Shown here in pieces: positions 49,215 through 60,200 of a stretch of DNA of 64,000 bases. The translations under genes and the position numbers were made by a program. The DNA lies in the NCBI RefSeq assembly GCF_054482595.1, contig NZ_JBTHVH010000001.1; one strand, 5' to 3'. The notes below the pieces were generated by a model that did not search any database, was not told the origin of the DNA, and saw only the letters and a list, made by a program, of their open reading frames with translations. Positions within the stretch are counted from its first letter, which is position 1; every line of letters begins with the position of its first letter. This DNA is from a plasmid.

Positions 49215-49625
49215 CTACGCCTCCGGGAACGCTGGCCAATTGACATCTGGTGCAGTGCTGGTATCCGTTGCGGTCACCGCATCGATATAATCCAGCACAG
49301 CGTTAAGACGGGTGGTTTCAGCCTGCGTAAGATTCCGCCCGGCCTGTAATTTCAGTTGAATAAGACTAATGGAAGCCATTGCGGTATCAATCAGCGACTG
49401 TTTTTTCTGTTCAGCGTCAGCTACCAGTTCATCATGAGAACGTTCCGGAGTGGGTGGCGCAGTAAATCCCCCGTCTGAATACACCCAGCCGATTCCGGGC
49501 TGCTCACTGATATCAGAAATATTAATGAGCTGCTGATTATCCGGCACTGTGAATTCAGCCTCGCCATCCCAGACAATGACATTCACAACCATCCCATTTT
49601 CAATAACTGCATATGATGTATTCAT
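49215..49625 (-). CDS. Tail-fibre assembly/chaperone protein (U position)
   Basis: The ATG overlaps the S stop (TAATG). MNTSYAVIENGMVVNVIVWDG. It differs from P1 U as recalled. Confidence 0.65.
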   Translation of the reverse strand: MNTSYAVIENGMVVNVIVWDGEAEFTVPDNQQLINISDISEQPGIGWVYSDGGFTAPPTPERSHDELVADAEQKKQSLIDTAMASISLIQLKLQAGRNLTQAETTRLNAVLDYIDAVTATDTSTAPDVNWPAFPEA

Positions 49626-52600
49626 TATGCAAACTCCTCGATAATACAAATCCCTGCAGCGCCTTTCCCGCCCGTCATACTGGTTCCGCTATAACCGGCA
49701 TCGTATGCACCACCGCCGCCCGAACCATATGCCCGACCGATAACGCCACCGCCAGCGCCTGCGCGACCACCGCCCCCCCAGAACGATGATCCTCCTTCAC
49801 CACTGACGCTGATATTTCCGGACTGACCGTCACCTCCATGCCCACCAATAATGCGGACATCACCAGTATTCGGCGCGCCTCCATTACCACCGTTCGTGTT
49901 TGTGACTCCTACTTTCCCGCCGCCTTCACCGCCAGGGGCTATTACCGTTCCGAACGAGCTATCACCGCCCTTGAGGCCGTTCGTCGCACCAACACCGCCG
50001 CCCCCACCTGCGCCGATAGTGACTGGATAACTATTCTGTGTCGGGGTCATTATTGAAATTATTGTCCCACCGGCCCCACCGCCAGCACCGAAAAACGTCT
50101 CGTTATTGGATGTAGCCTGGCAGCCACCACCTCCGCCACCGCCGCCCGTAATTGTGACCCTGATTCGTTTTGTTCCTGGCGTCGGGGTATACGTACCTGA
50201 TGAAGTGAAAACCCGGGTATTCACCAAACGCCCAACATATCCGCTTGAATCGCTCAGGCCAAGGTTAGCAGCAGTTAAAGTAATATTTGCAGAACCATCA
50301 AACTTAACACCGTTGATAGTGCGTGCAGTCTGTAGTTTCGTTGCGGTTGCGGCATTACCGGTAGTGCTCTGATTACCTGCTTTATTCACGCCCGGCAGGT
50401 CGATATTGGCACTACCATCGAATGACACTCCGCCTATTGTGCGTGCTGTTTGCAGTTTTGTTGCAGTTGCAGCATTGCCGGTAGTGCTCTGATTACCTGT
50501 TTTATTCACGCCCGGCAGGTCGATATTGGCACTACCATCAAATGACACCCCGCCGATTGTGCGTACTGTTTGCAGTTTCGTAGCGGTTGCAGCATTGCCG
50601 TTCAAACTACCATTGATGCCGCCAGTAACATTGAGTCCATTACCGATCGTAACAGTACCATTGGCATTGTTAATGATAAGCGGCCTTAAATTATTATAGG
50701 TTCCCAGGCTGTTACCCGAATTGGTCAACATGAAATATGTGTTTGAACCATCGTTTCGGATAAAGAATCCGTAGTTTCCGTAGGCAATGCGCAGACCATT
50801 CGCCGATTTTGAAATGATCTCACCAGTAGCCGTTAAACCGCCGTTGAGATTTCCTCCGGTTATTGGTAATGCGCCGACATCCGTGGCGGTCGGTTTAATG
50901 TGCGAACTGTAAATTACATATACAGTTCCATCTGTCAGGCCTGTTGGTTTATTCGCTGTATAAGATGGTGATGTATGAATCGTTACGCTGGCGTTACTGG
51001 TATAATCCCACTGAATATTAACACGTGTGGTGTAATTACCTATTTCAACATAAACATCATAGGTATCACCGGATGTATTCACCCATGCAAAATTAGTAAA
51101 TCCAACCGATGTCCGTCGCCATAACGCACCAGTAAGACCTTTTGGATTCCCATTTCCCGCACGAAGAACAAGTTCAGATATACCAGCCTGCATAGGGGAG
51201 TTAACATTATATCCAGAACCACCAATCAGGCTTATGTAAACCACGGAACTGGACTGTGGCATGGTTACAGTTGCCAGCTTGAACCATCCAGTACCACCAC
51301 TAAAAGACATTGTTGTTGAGTTGATCGTGCCTATAGACCTTGGAGTTAGCTCAATGTTTTTAGAACCGTCAAACAACACCCCATTTATAGTTCTAGCGGT
51401 TTGTAACTTGGTCGCTGTCGCTGCATTACCGGATGTATTCTGATTACCCGCAACGTTAACACCAGGTAAATTAATATTCGCAGTACCATCAAAGCTAACT
51501 CCGCCGATAGTTCTTGCCGTCTGTAGTTTTGTAGCAGTTGCCGCATTGCCAGTTGTATTCTGATTGCCAGTGGCATTCACACCAGGAATGGAGTCCCTTG
51601 ATGTATATACCTGCGCCCACGCTGACCATGCCGCATCAGTGTGATCTCTTCGGGAGCGAATGAAAACCGGCGCATGTGCACCGCTCGTACCACTCCAGCC
51701 AATAAGCAACTCGCCCTCACCAGCAGCACTCGCACCTTTCATGTGCAATACGTTGCCATACGCGGTCGGGTAGCTATTGTTGTACGCCTCATACATCTGC
51801 AATCCAGTAGAAGCACCTTGTGTTGTATCGGTGAGCGCAGTAACACGCCCTCTGGACGCAATTGTTGGTATCGAAATGTTCGCAGAACCATCAAACTTAA
51901 CACCGTTGATTGTGCGTGCTGTTTGCAGTTTTGTTGCAGTTGCGGCATTACCGGTAGTGCTCTGATTACCTGCTTTATTCACGCCCGGCAGGTCGATATT
52001 GGCACTACCATCAAATGACACCCCGCCGATTGTGCGTACTGTTTGCAGTTTCGTAGCGGTTGCAGCATTGCCGGTAGTGCTCTGATTACCTGCTTTATTC
52101 ACGCCCGGCAGGTCGATATTGGCACTACCATCGAACGACACTCCGCCGATTGTGCGTGCTGTTTGCAGTTTTGTGGCGGTGGATGCATTACCTGTCAAAG
52201 ATCCACTAAGAGCCACGGCACTAAGAGACTTAACACTTACATCCTGACCCCATCCGGAAACAACAACCTGACTCCACGCTGTCCAGTTTCCATTAACAAC
52301 AAAGCGAACGTATATACGTTTTGTGTCGCTGTTAATCAGCGTTTGCATGTTCGCATAATCTGATCCCGTAGTCTTACGAATCGACTCTACACGAACCAAA
52401 AAGTTACCGCTTACGCCGTCAGGCTTATTGGTAATATTTGCACCACCTGCGACAGTTTTGCATTGATAGTATTTAACGGATCCAGCTTCTGTATTAGCAA
52501 TAATCAAGTCGTTTAAATCAATAGCCCGGCCGTCAATGGCTTCCGGCTCGATGGCTCCTGCTATCCCGGCACTGAATGTAGCAGCGGCTGAAAACGCTGT

Positions 52601-54052
52601 CTTACCTTTGAAAGTCTGTTGAGAACTCCAGGTATTAGCTGTGCTCAACAGGGGGATCTTTTCGCCGCTGGTTCCGATTTCTCTTAAACCAAGGTATTGG
52701 ATAACAGCCAGTGTGCTTGTTTTAGCCAGGATATCGCGACCGACTGACGTTAAATCAGTCTGGGAAACAGTGTCTGTACCGGTAAAGTACGGCAATTTAT
52801 TTGCGCCTGTCGCAAGACCAGCAAGCGCGGTTAAAGTTGCATCCAGAGGCTGTTTGCCTGCCAGCGCATTTGTCATTGTTGTCGCAAAGTTCGGGTCATT
52901 GCCCAGTGCTGCTGCAAGCTCATTCAGGGTATCAAGAGCTTCAGGTGATGAGCCGACCAATGCAGAGATAGCAGCTCTTACATAAGCGGTCGTAGCAATC
53001 TGCGTGTTATTCGTACCCTGTGCAGCGGTAGGCGCAGTAGGTATTCCCGTTAATGCAGGACTTGCTAAAGGAGCTTTAAGAGCCAGAGCATTGTTGATAG
53101 TTGTGCTGAAATTCGGGTCGTTATTGATCGCAGCAGCTATTTCTTTAAGCGTATCCAGTGTGCCAGGTGCACCGTTGATAAGTGCCGTTACAGCTGCCTT
53201 AACAAAGGCTGTATTTGCGATCTGCGTGCTGTTTGTACCTTGCGCTGCCGTCGGCGCGGTTGGCGTTCCTGTCAGACTCGGGCTTTCTATTGGCGCTTTG
53301 GTATCAGCCAGCTCTTTTACAGACTTAACGGCTTTAGGGGTAGCCGCCATTGTTTCGCTGTCGCTGTTAGTTGCGCTACTGAGCTGAACTAATCCCTTTT
53401 GTGTTGTGCTTGCATCCTGCGCCGTATACTTGCTTTTAGCCAGATCGTAGGCTTTTTTAACCGCCAGCGAACTTGCAGCGACATCACTTCTGGTACTGGT
53501 TACAGAGTCGGAAATTTCAATGCCTATCGCGAGATCGATGCGGTCGGATACATCTATCATTTCCTTAGTAATAGCAGATACGCCAGCAGGGATATTCACC
53601 GTACAAACAAGCAGTTCCCCATCTCCTAACTGATATGAATCGGTATAGGTTCTGGCAACAAATTCAGCCGCATGAATATGTGACGCGGTATTAACCTGAT
53701 AAGAATCTTCTCCAAGGAGGTATCTTCCCTTCAGCACAATTGCATATTTCTTACCTGCGCTAAGTGCAAGAGAAATATCCTTACGCTGCTGAATAGTTAC
53801 CTGGTAGAATTCACCAATATTCACTGACGCCGCGCCAGCGGTTTTATCACCATCCACTGAGGTGATTAACAGGTTCATCCCACCGCCAGGCTTAGGAAAA
53901 AAACCGGCATAAAATCCAGGGTCAACAATTCCCCTGAATTTTCGGTTTAGCGCGGCTGACAGATATGGTTCGTGGTATTGCACATCAGCCACCAGAGCCA
54001 ACGACTCGGGTGATGGGTAAGTAACCGATGTGACAACTGTAACGTCATTCAT
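49625..54052 (-). CDS. S: S tail fibre (1475 aa from the MNDVTV start)
   Basis: P1 Sc-like N-terminal part. Eight fibre repeats of 38 aa. Glycine-rich C-terminal roughly 250 aa. The ORF track extends the 5' end to 54139, into R. Confidence 0.85.
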   Translation of the reverse strand: MNDVTVVTSVTYPSPESLALVADVQYHEPYLSAALNRKFRGIVDPGFYAGFFPKPGGGMNLLITSVDGDKTAGAASVNIGEFYQVTIQQRKDISLALSAGKKYAIVLKGRYLLGEDSYQVNTASHIHAAEFVARTYTDSYQLGDGELLVCTVNIPAGVSAITKEMIDVSDRIDLAIGIEISDSVTSTRSDVAASSLAVKKAYDLAKSKYTAQDASTTQKGLVQLSSATNSDSETMAATPKAVKSVKELADTKAPIESPSLTGTPTAPTAAQGTNSTQIANTAFVKAAVTALINGAPGTLDTLKEIAAAINNDPNFSTTINNALALKAPLASPALTGIPTAPTAAQGTNNTQIATTAYVRAAISALVGSSPEALDTLNELAAALGNDPNFATTMTNALAGKQPLDATLTALAGLATGANKLPYFTGTDTVSQTDLTSVGRDILAKTSTLAVIQYLGLREIGTSGEKIPLLSTANTWSSQQTFKGKTAFSAAATFSAGIAGAIEPEAIDGRAIDLNDLIIANTEAGSVKYYQCKTVAGGANITNKPDGVSGNFLVRVESIRKTTGSDYANMQTLINSDTKRIYVRFVVNGNWTAWSQVVVSGWGQDVSVKSLSAVALSGSLTGNASTATKLQTARTIGGVSFDGSANIDLPGVNKAGNQSTTGNAATATKLQTVRTIGGVSFDGSANIDLPGVNKAGNQSTTGNAATATKLQTARTINGVKFDGSANISIPTIASRGRVTALTDTTQGASTGLQMYEAYNNSYPTAYGNVLHMKGASAAGEGELLIGWSGTSGAHAPVFIRSRRDHTDAAWSAWAQVYTSRDSIPGVNATGNQNTTGNAATATKLQTARTIGGVSFDGTANINLPGVNVAGNQNTSGNAATATKLQTARTINGVLFDGSKNIELTPRSIGTINSTTMSFSGGTGWFKLATVTMPQSSSVVYISLIGGSGYNVNSPMQAGISELVLRAGNGNPKGLTGALWRRTSVGFTNFAWVNTSGDTYDVYVEIGNYTTRVNIQWDYTSNASVTIHTSPSYTANKPTGLTDGTVYVIYSSHIKPTATDVGALPITGGNLNGGLTATGEIISKSANGLRIAYGNYGFFIRNDGSNTYFMLTNSGNSLGTYNNLRPLIINNANGTVTIGNGLNVTGGINGSLNGNAATATKLQTVRTIGGVSFDGSANIDLPGVNKTGNQSTTGNAATATKLQTARTIGGVSFDGSANIDLPGVNKAGNQSTTGNAATATKLQTARTINGVKFDGSANITLTAANLGLSDSSGYVGRLVNTRVFTSSGTYTPTPGTKRIRVTITGGGGGGGGCQATSNNETFFGAGGGAGGTIISIMTPTQNSYPVTIGAGGGGGVGATNGLKGGDSSFGTVIAPGGEGGGKVGVTNTNGGNGGAPNTGDVRIIGGHGGDGQSGNISVSGEGGSSFWGGGGRAGAGGGVIGRAYGSGGGGAYDAGYSGTSMTGGKGAAGICIIEEFA
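50285..50610 (-). repeat. Tail-fibre 114-bp coding repeats, cluster 3 (3 units)
   Basis: NAATATKLQTxRTIGGVSFDGSANIDLPGVNK units. Confidence 0.85.
51350..51590 (-). repeat. Tail-fibre coding repeats, cluster 2 (2 units)
   Basis: The same unit in a more diverged form. Confidence 0.8.
51875..52200 (-). repeat. Tail-fibre coding repeats, cluster 1 (3 units)
   Basis: Near-identical at DNA level to cluster 3. Confidence 0.85.
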
Positions 54053-54063
54053 CAAGCATATCC

Positions 54064-54498
54064 TTATGCTGTAGTCGTGTTTATGGCCATAACTGCGGTA
54101 TATGTTTTGCCCACATACAGCGAGTCTTCCTGGACACAAATAATGGCGATTGGCTTGTTCTCGTTATCCAGAACAACCAGAGTGTTGAATGGGTAGTTTT
54201 TCCCTTTCTGCAACTGGCTTTGATCAAGGTCCATTCGGACAGTAATTATCCCGCCTGAGTAGGTTGGGACGAGGTTGATGGTGCAAAATTTACTGGTCAG
54301 TTCTGCCAGATCGAAAGCCTTTGGCAGTTCTCCAATCTCATAAGTGCCATCTCCTTTCTTAGTAACCAGTGAACTGGTACCGAAAACGGCCTTGCTGATT
54401 AAAAATCGAGAGCCTTTGTTAATGGACGATTCAGCGCGCCGCTGATAGTAATAGTCCAACAACTGACTCTTATAGAGGTTTGTTGAGACGTCAGACAT
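54064..54498 (-). CDS. R: R, tail-fibre-associated structural protein
   Basis: 144 aa, directly upstream of S as in P1. Confidence 0.75.
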   Translation of the reverse strand: MSDVSTNLYKSQLLDYYYQRRAESSINKGSRFLISKAVFGTSSLVTKKGDGTYEIGELPKAFDLAELTSKFCTINLVPTYSGGIITVRMDLDQSQLQKGKNYPFNTLVVLDNENKPIAIICVQEDSLYVGKTYTAVMAINTTTA

Positions 54499-54526
54499 GA
54501 TTTTCCCTAATCAATGTTGTGAAGCC

Positions 54527-54550
54527 TCATTGTAAGAAAAGTAACTTGTC
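54527..54550 (-). promoter_or_regulatory. Candidate late promoter for R-S-U
   Basis: The minus strand reads GACAAGTTACTTTTCTTACAAT, ending in the -10 hexamer TACAAT. Confidence 0.55.
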
Positions 54551-54572
54551 ACCCCGCCCTGCGGACGGGGTG
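54550..54572 (-). terminator. Hairpin after gene 16
   Basis: Stem CACCCCG/CGGGGTG. Confidence 0.5.
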
Positions 54573-54576
54573 ATTG

Positions 54577-55416
54577 TCAGGCGTCGCTATCCAGCAACAA
54601 ATCATCTGCGCGTGTGCGATCAAACGTAGGTGTCGCTTTCACAATAGTGCCACCAGGCGTTGCGGTGATCGGGGCGCTAATCGACGTAACTCCAGTAAGC
54701 GAAGTTGTATCCGAAGTTTCAAACCAGCAGTACGCTTTTTCGGTATCAGAAATCTCGTTCAAAGTGATCATGTCGGCCTGTTCATTCACAACAACCGACA
54801 AATAGAGCGTAAGCCCATCAAACACTATATGCAGTGGCAGTAGAGGCTTTACGAACTGATTAAACTTTCTGAGAATTTCTTCTGTAATTGCGGACTGATC
54901 TATCGTGCCAGTAATACCCATTGTCCGGGCCAGGTCGTTTATGGGAATACTGATCATCCCTCTGGAAGTCAGAAACATCTCACCGAATGTGCCGCCGGTA
55001 GTTTCCAGTGTGCTTTCTGGTATTAGAACTGTGCCATAGGGATGACGTTCAAGGTCCACCGGTGCATATATCGGATCCCATAAAACAGAAATACCATTAA
55101 ATTCGCGGTAAATTGTCTGGTTTATAGGGCGTTCAGTCCCCTTAAAGTGAATCTCATCAAGCCGCTGTTGTAACAACATCGGAACGGAAGATGAGTTTGA
55201 GGTTCTGATAGTAAAGAACTGGCCAAGTTCATTTGTCCTGGTCTCCAGATCCTCCTTGCTCATGGAAAAAATAGACTTCCGGTTGGTAATTCGCTCCAAC
55301 CATGGGTCAACAAAGGTGTCCATCATTGACTGAACCAAATCAGCCAATGATTTATAGAGCAATGACTTTTGCTTAGCTGATGTAAGCCGATTATTAAACC
55401 AGGAACGTTGCATCAC
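54577..55416 (-). CDS. 16: Gene 16 product (baseplate/tail fibre)
   Basis: 279 aa. P1 gene order bplA-16-R. Confidence 0.7.
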   Translation of the reverse strand: MMQRSWFNNRLTSAKQKSLLYKSLADLVQSMMDTFVDPWLERITNRKSIFSMSKEDLETRTNELGQFFTIRTSNSSSVPMLLQQRLDEIHFKGTERPINQTIYREFNGISVLWDPIYAPVDLERHPYGTVLIPESTLETTGGTFGEMFLTSRGMISIPINDLARTMGITGTIDQSAITEEILRKFNQFVKPLLPLHIVFDGLTLYLSVVVNEQADMITLNEISDTEKAYCWFETSDTTSLTGVTSISAPITATPGGTIVKATPTFDRTRADDLLLDSDA

Positions 55417-56846
55417 TCCTCCTCATACGAAATATTAAAGGTGGAGTTTTCTGTATCCAGATAAACGAAATCGTAAAAGCCGTTGGACTCATTCCACTCG
55501 ACAAATTCCAGATAAAAGTCGCGGAAATAACCCAGCGTTTCGATAAATGCCCAAACGTCTTTTTTCTTGATCAGGATGTACTTGCCGACACCGTTCGGAT
55601 CAAAGAAATTTGAGTCGCGCCCAAATTTTGTTTCCAGTGCCGACTTCAACTCATCAGTCACGTTCTCAATAGTCAGGCTTGCCGATATCCGCCCGGTGAT
55701 GGTTATCTTAAATGGTAGTTTTCTGACCTCTTTATAAGAGAATTTCTTGTTCAGTTCATTCGGTACCTTCTTAAAGGCAGTCAGGATCATTTCTTCAAGC
55801 TCTGACTGGCTTTTATTTGGATGCCATCCTGAAATAAATATCTTATTGATATTCTGAACATTATAAGCACCATCTAATTTCTCTTGCTGGCCTTCGCCCC
55901 ATGCCTTTACCCAGGACAGCCCCGGGATGTTACGAACCAGAAAATACGTATAGTCCCCGCCCCATACGACCTGATCATCATAGGCAAGGTAATATTGTGC
56001 ACGGTTACGTGTGATCTCCGTTGTTTCAGCATCGGTACCTGCGGTTATAGGTGTCGTTGTCTTAACTGAAATCAAATTAGCTAAATTAGCCGCAGAATCG
56101 ACAGGCGTCAGGTTTTGGCCAGCAACCAGGGTTATATCGCCGTTGGTGCACCATACCTTAAGCGTAATTGTCGAACCTTCTGGCGGTATTTGCCCAATTA
56201 GCCCATCGCCGAATCGAACCCCCAACTGCTCGGATGGTTTATAAAACTCAACGTAGACCTGGCTTTTACTACCGGCTAACCGGAACATAGTGCTGGAAGA
56301 CCACTGCGTGGTCTTACCATCGGTCGTCACGAATACTTCCAGCTTATAGCAGACAGCAGTAAGAGCCTTTGATAACACGACTTCCAGAAATTCTTTGGCT
56401 GCCGTAACGGTATATGTCACCTCCTGGATTTCCAACTGTGCCACTTCTACCGTACCGGTGCCGTCAACCAACCTGCATACATCCATAGTCATGTAAGGGT
56501 ACTGGTCGTCAGATATTAAAGGCATGTTTTTGGGGATTACCGCTGGGGCATCTTCACTTGTGGCGGTGATCTCAATCATCCCCGATGACGGTGTTGGCTT
56601 GGTACCAACGTAACTATTCGTTTCTGCCGCTGCCAGGATAGAGGAACGCCGCGTCGCGGTCGATATAAAGCCTTCAGCCAGCGCCGCATCGGCATACTGA
56701 AAGCACCTGTAGACAATCTGGGTAATAAACAATGTCAGCATCGAGACAAATTGAGAGCCGACAAACTTCGACCAGAATGAATCTTTCTCGACAAGCTCTT
56801 CAAACTCTGCACGAATACTGTCTTTAGTCGGTGTTGTTTTACTCAT
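55413..56846 (-). CDS. bplA: BplA baseplate protein
   Basis: 477 aa. Overlapping stop/start codons with both neighbours. Confidence 0.7.
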   Translation of the reverse strand: MSKTTPTKDSIRAEFEELVEKDSFWSKFVGSQFVSMLTLFITQIVYRCFQYADAALAEGFISTATRRSSILAAAETNSYVGTKPTPSSGMIEITATSEDAPAVIPKNMPLISDDQYPYMTMDVCRLVDGTGTVEVAQLEIQEVTYTVTAAKEFLEVVLSKALTAVCYKLEVFVTTDGKTTQWSSSTMFRLAGSKSQVYVEFYKPSEQLGVRFGDGLIGQIPPEGSTITLKVWCTNGDITLVAGQNLTPVDSAANLANLISVKTTTPITAGTDAETTEITRNRAQYYLAYDDQVVWGGDYTYFLVRNIPGLSWVKAWGEGQQEKLDGAYNVQNINKIFISGWHPNKSQSELEEMILTAFKKVPNELNKKFSYKEVRKLPFKITITGRISASLTIENVTDELKSALETKFGRDSNFFDPNGVGKYILIKKKDVWAFIETLGYFRDFYLEFVEWNESNGFYDFVYLDTENSTFNISYEEE

Positions 56847-57202
56847 AGCACCACGTCCTGTGTGATAGTTATATCCCTGATACGAATGGATATTTTCAAC
56901 TTATCAAAAGCATCTCCCTCGGCTACTGACAAGCCAGAAATCGGTATGTCAGGTAAATCTACCGTCAGTTTTTGCAACAGCATTGCCTCAACCGCAATTT
57001 GAACATGCGACAAGTTGGTCGGTTCGTGTTTAAACTGCGGTAAAACATTGCCCCATGACGGATCTCCGTATACCTCACCCTGATAAGTGTTTAGCCACTC
57101 ATATAAACGAGCGCCCCAGGCCTCCTCCTGGGACTCATACGTTTTTACGCCGGATAACTCCAGCGTCAGCAAAGGATCAATTTCGTTATTGTTGGCCATC
57201 AA
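56843..57202 (-). CDS. pmgA: PmgA
   Basis: 119 aa, between sit and bplA. Confidence 0.65.
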   Translation of the reverse strand: MMANNNEIDPLLTLELSGVKTYESQEEAWGARLYEWLNTYQGEVYGDPSWGNVLPQFKHEPTNLSHVQIAVEAMLLQKLTVDLPDIPISGLSVAEGDAFDKLKISIRIRDITITQDVVL

Positions 57203-60200
57203 TCAACTCTCGCGTAGTCATTCATCAACGGATCATCAATTGACAGTGGTACCGTGCGCATAACGCCCGGCTGAGGCGTGCTGACCTTTACGACAGTTCC
57301 CTGGCCTTTCGCCGAGTCTTTGGTGTGCTCTTCAATCCTGGCAAGCAATGAGGTCATCTGCGCAAACAGCCGCTTCGTTTCACCATCAAGTGAAACGGTA
57401 TTATCAGCCAACTGCATTGTCGGCTTGGCACCGGAACCGCCAAGGTCACTAATAACCTGCCCGTCTATCTGCATACGACCGGTTGGTTGCTGCAAATCGT
57501 TGGCGGCAGTCGTCACCTTGGACGTGGAGGCTGGTTCAGGCGCATTATTTTTCCGCATCCCCGGCGAGTTGCGGAGTTTATCGAATAGTCCATCAATCCC
57601 CATTTGTGCGCCGAGTTGGTCAAAGTAACTTGAGTTGCTGGCCACCGGACGCGCCTCTTCAACTGGCATCGGAATATCAACATACACATTGCCAGCTGCT
57701 GTTGCGGTCCCCTTCCCTCGTGCACGTTCTTCGAGCGTTCCCTGAACGACTTCCCGACGCATACCCCGGCCATTCATGAATTTGTTGACCAGATCGTTAA
57801 CGCCAACAGCATTGCCGATTTTGTCTACCAGACCGCCTTTCTCAAACGGGCTATCACCAGGGGTAAACGCCAGGCCAGTAGACTGATCGATAACAGCGTT
57901 ATCAGGCAGTGGTCCCCTCACTCCATATTGCGCCCCACCCTGTGCTCCTGCTCCAGGTGTATAGATTTCACCACCTAAATAGCGAGCACGATGAGTATTG
58001 ACCTTGATCGCGTACTCACGGTTTTCTTTCGATAAGTCACCTGTGCCTTTTTTCCACTTATTGATAGTGCCAAACCCAGCGTTATATGCAGTGATGGCCT
58101 CGTTTAAGTCTCCATTGGCTTGCTTCAGATACTTGCTCATGAGAAGAGCCGCAGCTTCTGCCGATTTCACAGGATCAAACGATTCACCTTCAGCTAAGCC
58201 AGTCTCTTCACGAGCAATCCCCGTGAACTGAAACATTCCCAGAGCACCGGTTTGGGATTTTGCATACGGATTACCACCAGATTCAGTTGCAGCAATCGCG
58301 TAAAGAGTGCCTTCTGGAAGACCATATTTATTCTCTAGTTCAGCAAAATACGGAGCCAACTTATCGAGATTTGCCTTACCTTCAGATCCAAGACTTCCGA
58401 CTTTTACATCCAAGCGGCCATTGTTGTAGGTATCCGCAGCTTTCTGAATGTCACTCCTGGTGCCAGTGGTATTAAGCGACGATGATGACGAGCTATTTTG
58501 ACCAATAGCTTTATCAATTTTCTGCAACGCGCTATTGCCCGTTTCTACGGCATTTGCATTGATAATCTGATTCGCAGTTTCTTTAACTGTTTTATTGCTA
58601 TCTTTCGCCGTGTCCAGTGCCGCATTTATCACGCGGGTAACAATATTAGTCTGTTTGGCATCGGATTCAGTTTTAGAATCAGATGTCTCCTGGTGGCTAT
58701 TAACCGGAGCTTTTAACTCTGGAGTGATTTCTTTGGCATTAGCCTCGCTATTAACCGGAGCTTTTAACTGTGGAGCGATTTCTTTCGCATTAGCCTCGCT
58801 ATTAACCGGAGCTTTTAACTCTGGAGTGATTTCTTTCGCATTAGCCTCGCCGATCGGATTGGGTATTTTTGATACAATCATTGCCGCAGGGGTATTTTTA
58901 ACGGCATCAACCGCTGCATCTAATGCTTTACCAGGTAAATTTTTAACCCCATCCCAAATATTACCAGCCGCCTCTTTAATGTGTTTCCCTGGGTTCTTAA
59001 TGAAATCAATTGCACTATCAATTGCATCACTGAAAACCTGTTTCAGGTTATCAACAGTAAAGAAGTCTTTGATGGCATCCAGCTTTTCAAGCAGCTTATT
59101 AGATGTATCGCTAAACCATGCTGAAACAGCATCACCAATCTTTGCTGTGTAATCTTCGAACTTGGTAGAAATGGTGTCGCCAAGGTTAGAAATATATGTT
59201 TCTAAGTTGGTAATCCCACTATCAATGGCCTGGGCAATACTTTCCGTCGAAAATGATTGCAACATATTGCCGATATCCTCAAATCCAAGTGATTTGAGAA
59301 CCTCACCAATGGCGCTGCTAATACCAGATACCAGTCCCCCCATATCAAGAACATTGGCTAACGTATAAGCGGCTTTTTGCTGGAATGATGGATCTTGTCC
59401 TGATTTAAGCCCAAACGCTCGACGTTGCGCTTCTGTATCATTCCAACCGGTTACCGCATCATAAATACCTCCAGCCACTGTGCCGACTAAGGGAATTGCG
59501 CGTAACGCCCCTTTACCAACTGCCTTTAATCCAAGTTTACCTGCTGCCCGGGCAGCCAAATCTCCACCTTCATGGGCGATAGTCTTCTTGCCACCACCGC
59601 GTAGCATTCCTACAAGTTTCTTTGCCCCCAGAGCGCCAAAAGCGAGTGCTCCAGCTTTTTTCAGCATGCCACGCCCCATTAACAACGACGCGACGCCACC
59701 GGCCCCCTTCCCTAACAGGCTAAATAGTTTGGACAGCAAGCCGCCCTTCTTTTTCCCGGTGTTTTTGGCTATCTGATCAAGGGCGCTGAGAATCTTGTCA
59801 TTGCCCTCTTTAATTTCGCTGGTCTGCTCCTGAAGTTCCTGAACTGTCCGTTTTTGGGTGTTAACCTGAACGACATCGGCACTATTTTGCGATTTACGCC
59901 TAAAAAAACCTTTTCTACGGCTGTTATCGTCATTGCCACGAATCACATCGGCAATAGACTTTCTGGCACCATTAAGCGATCCACCAACTTCTTTTGATAT
60001 CCCGCCAAGCTCCTTCCCTGCTGCCCACAATGGACCAGCAACGGCATAACCTAACGCATCAACGGCACGAGTCTCTGAAGGGTTACCTATGCCTTCAGCT
60101 ACTTTTGACAGTTTTTTTAATAAACCTGATTCAGCATTTAGACGCTCATCATCCTCTTTACGCCTGGCCTTTTCAGCACGTTCAGCACGGGCATCTTCCG

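Noticed and set aside
48782..49239. ORFs of 106 aa and 82 aa on the minus strand across the cin remnant
   Set aside because: They are antisense to the recognisable cin N-terminus or lie in the junction DNA, and they lack ribosome-binding sites. I checked the 82-aa product for transposase-like motifs and recognised none.
50285..52200. Regularly spaced near-identical repeats of about 114 bp, which could be mistaken for a CRISPR-like or satellite array
   Set aside because: They are in-frame coding units of the S tail fibre (NAATATKLQT...FDGS). Units are contiguous within each cluster, with no unique spacers of CRISPR size, and no cas genes are present.
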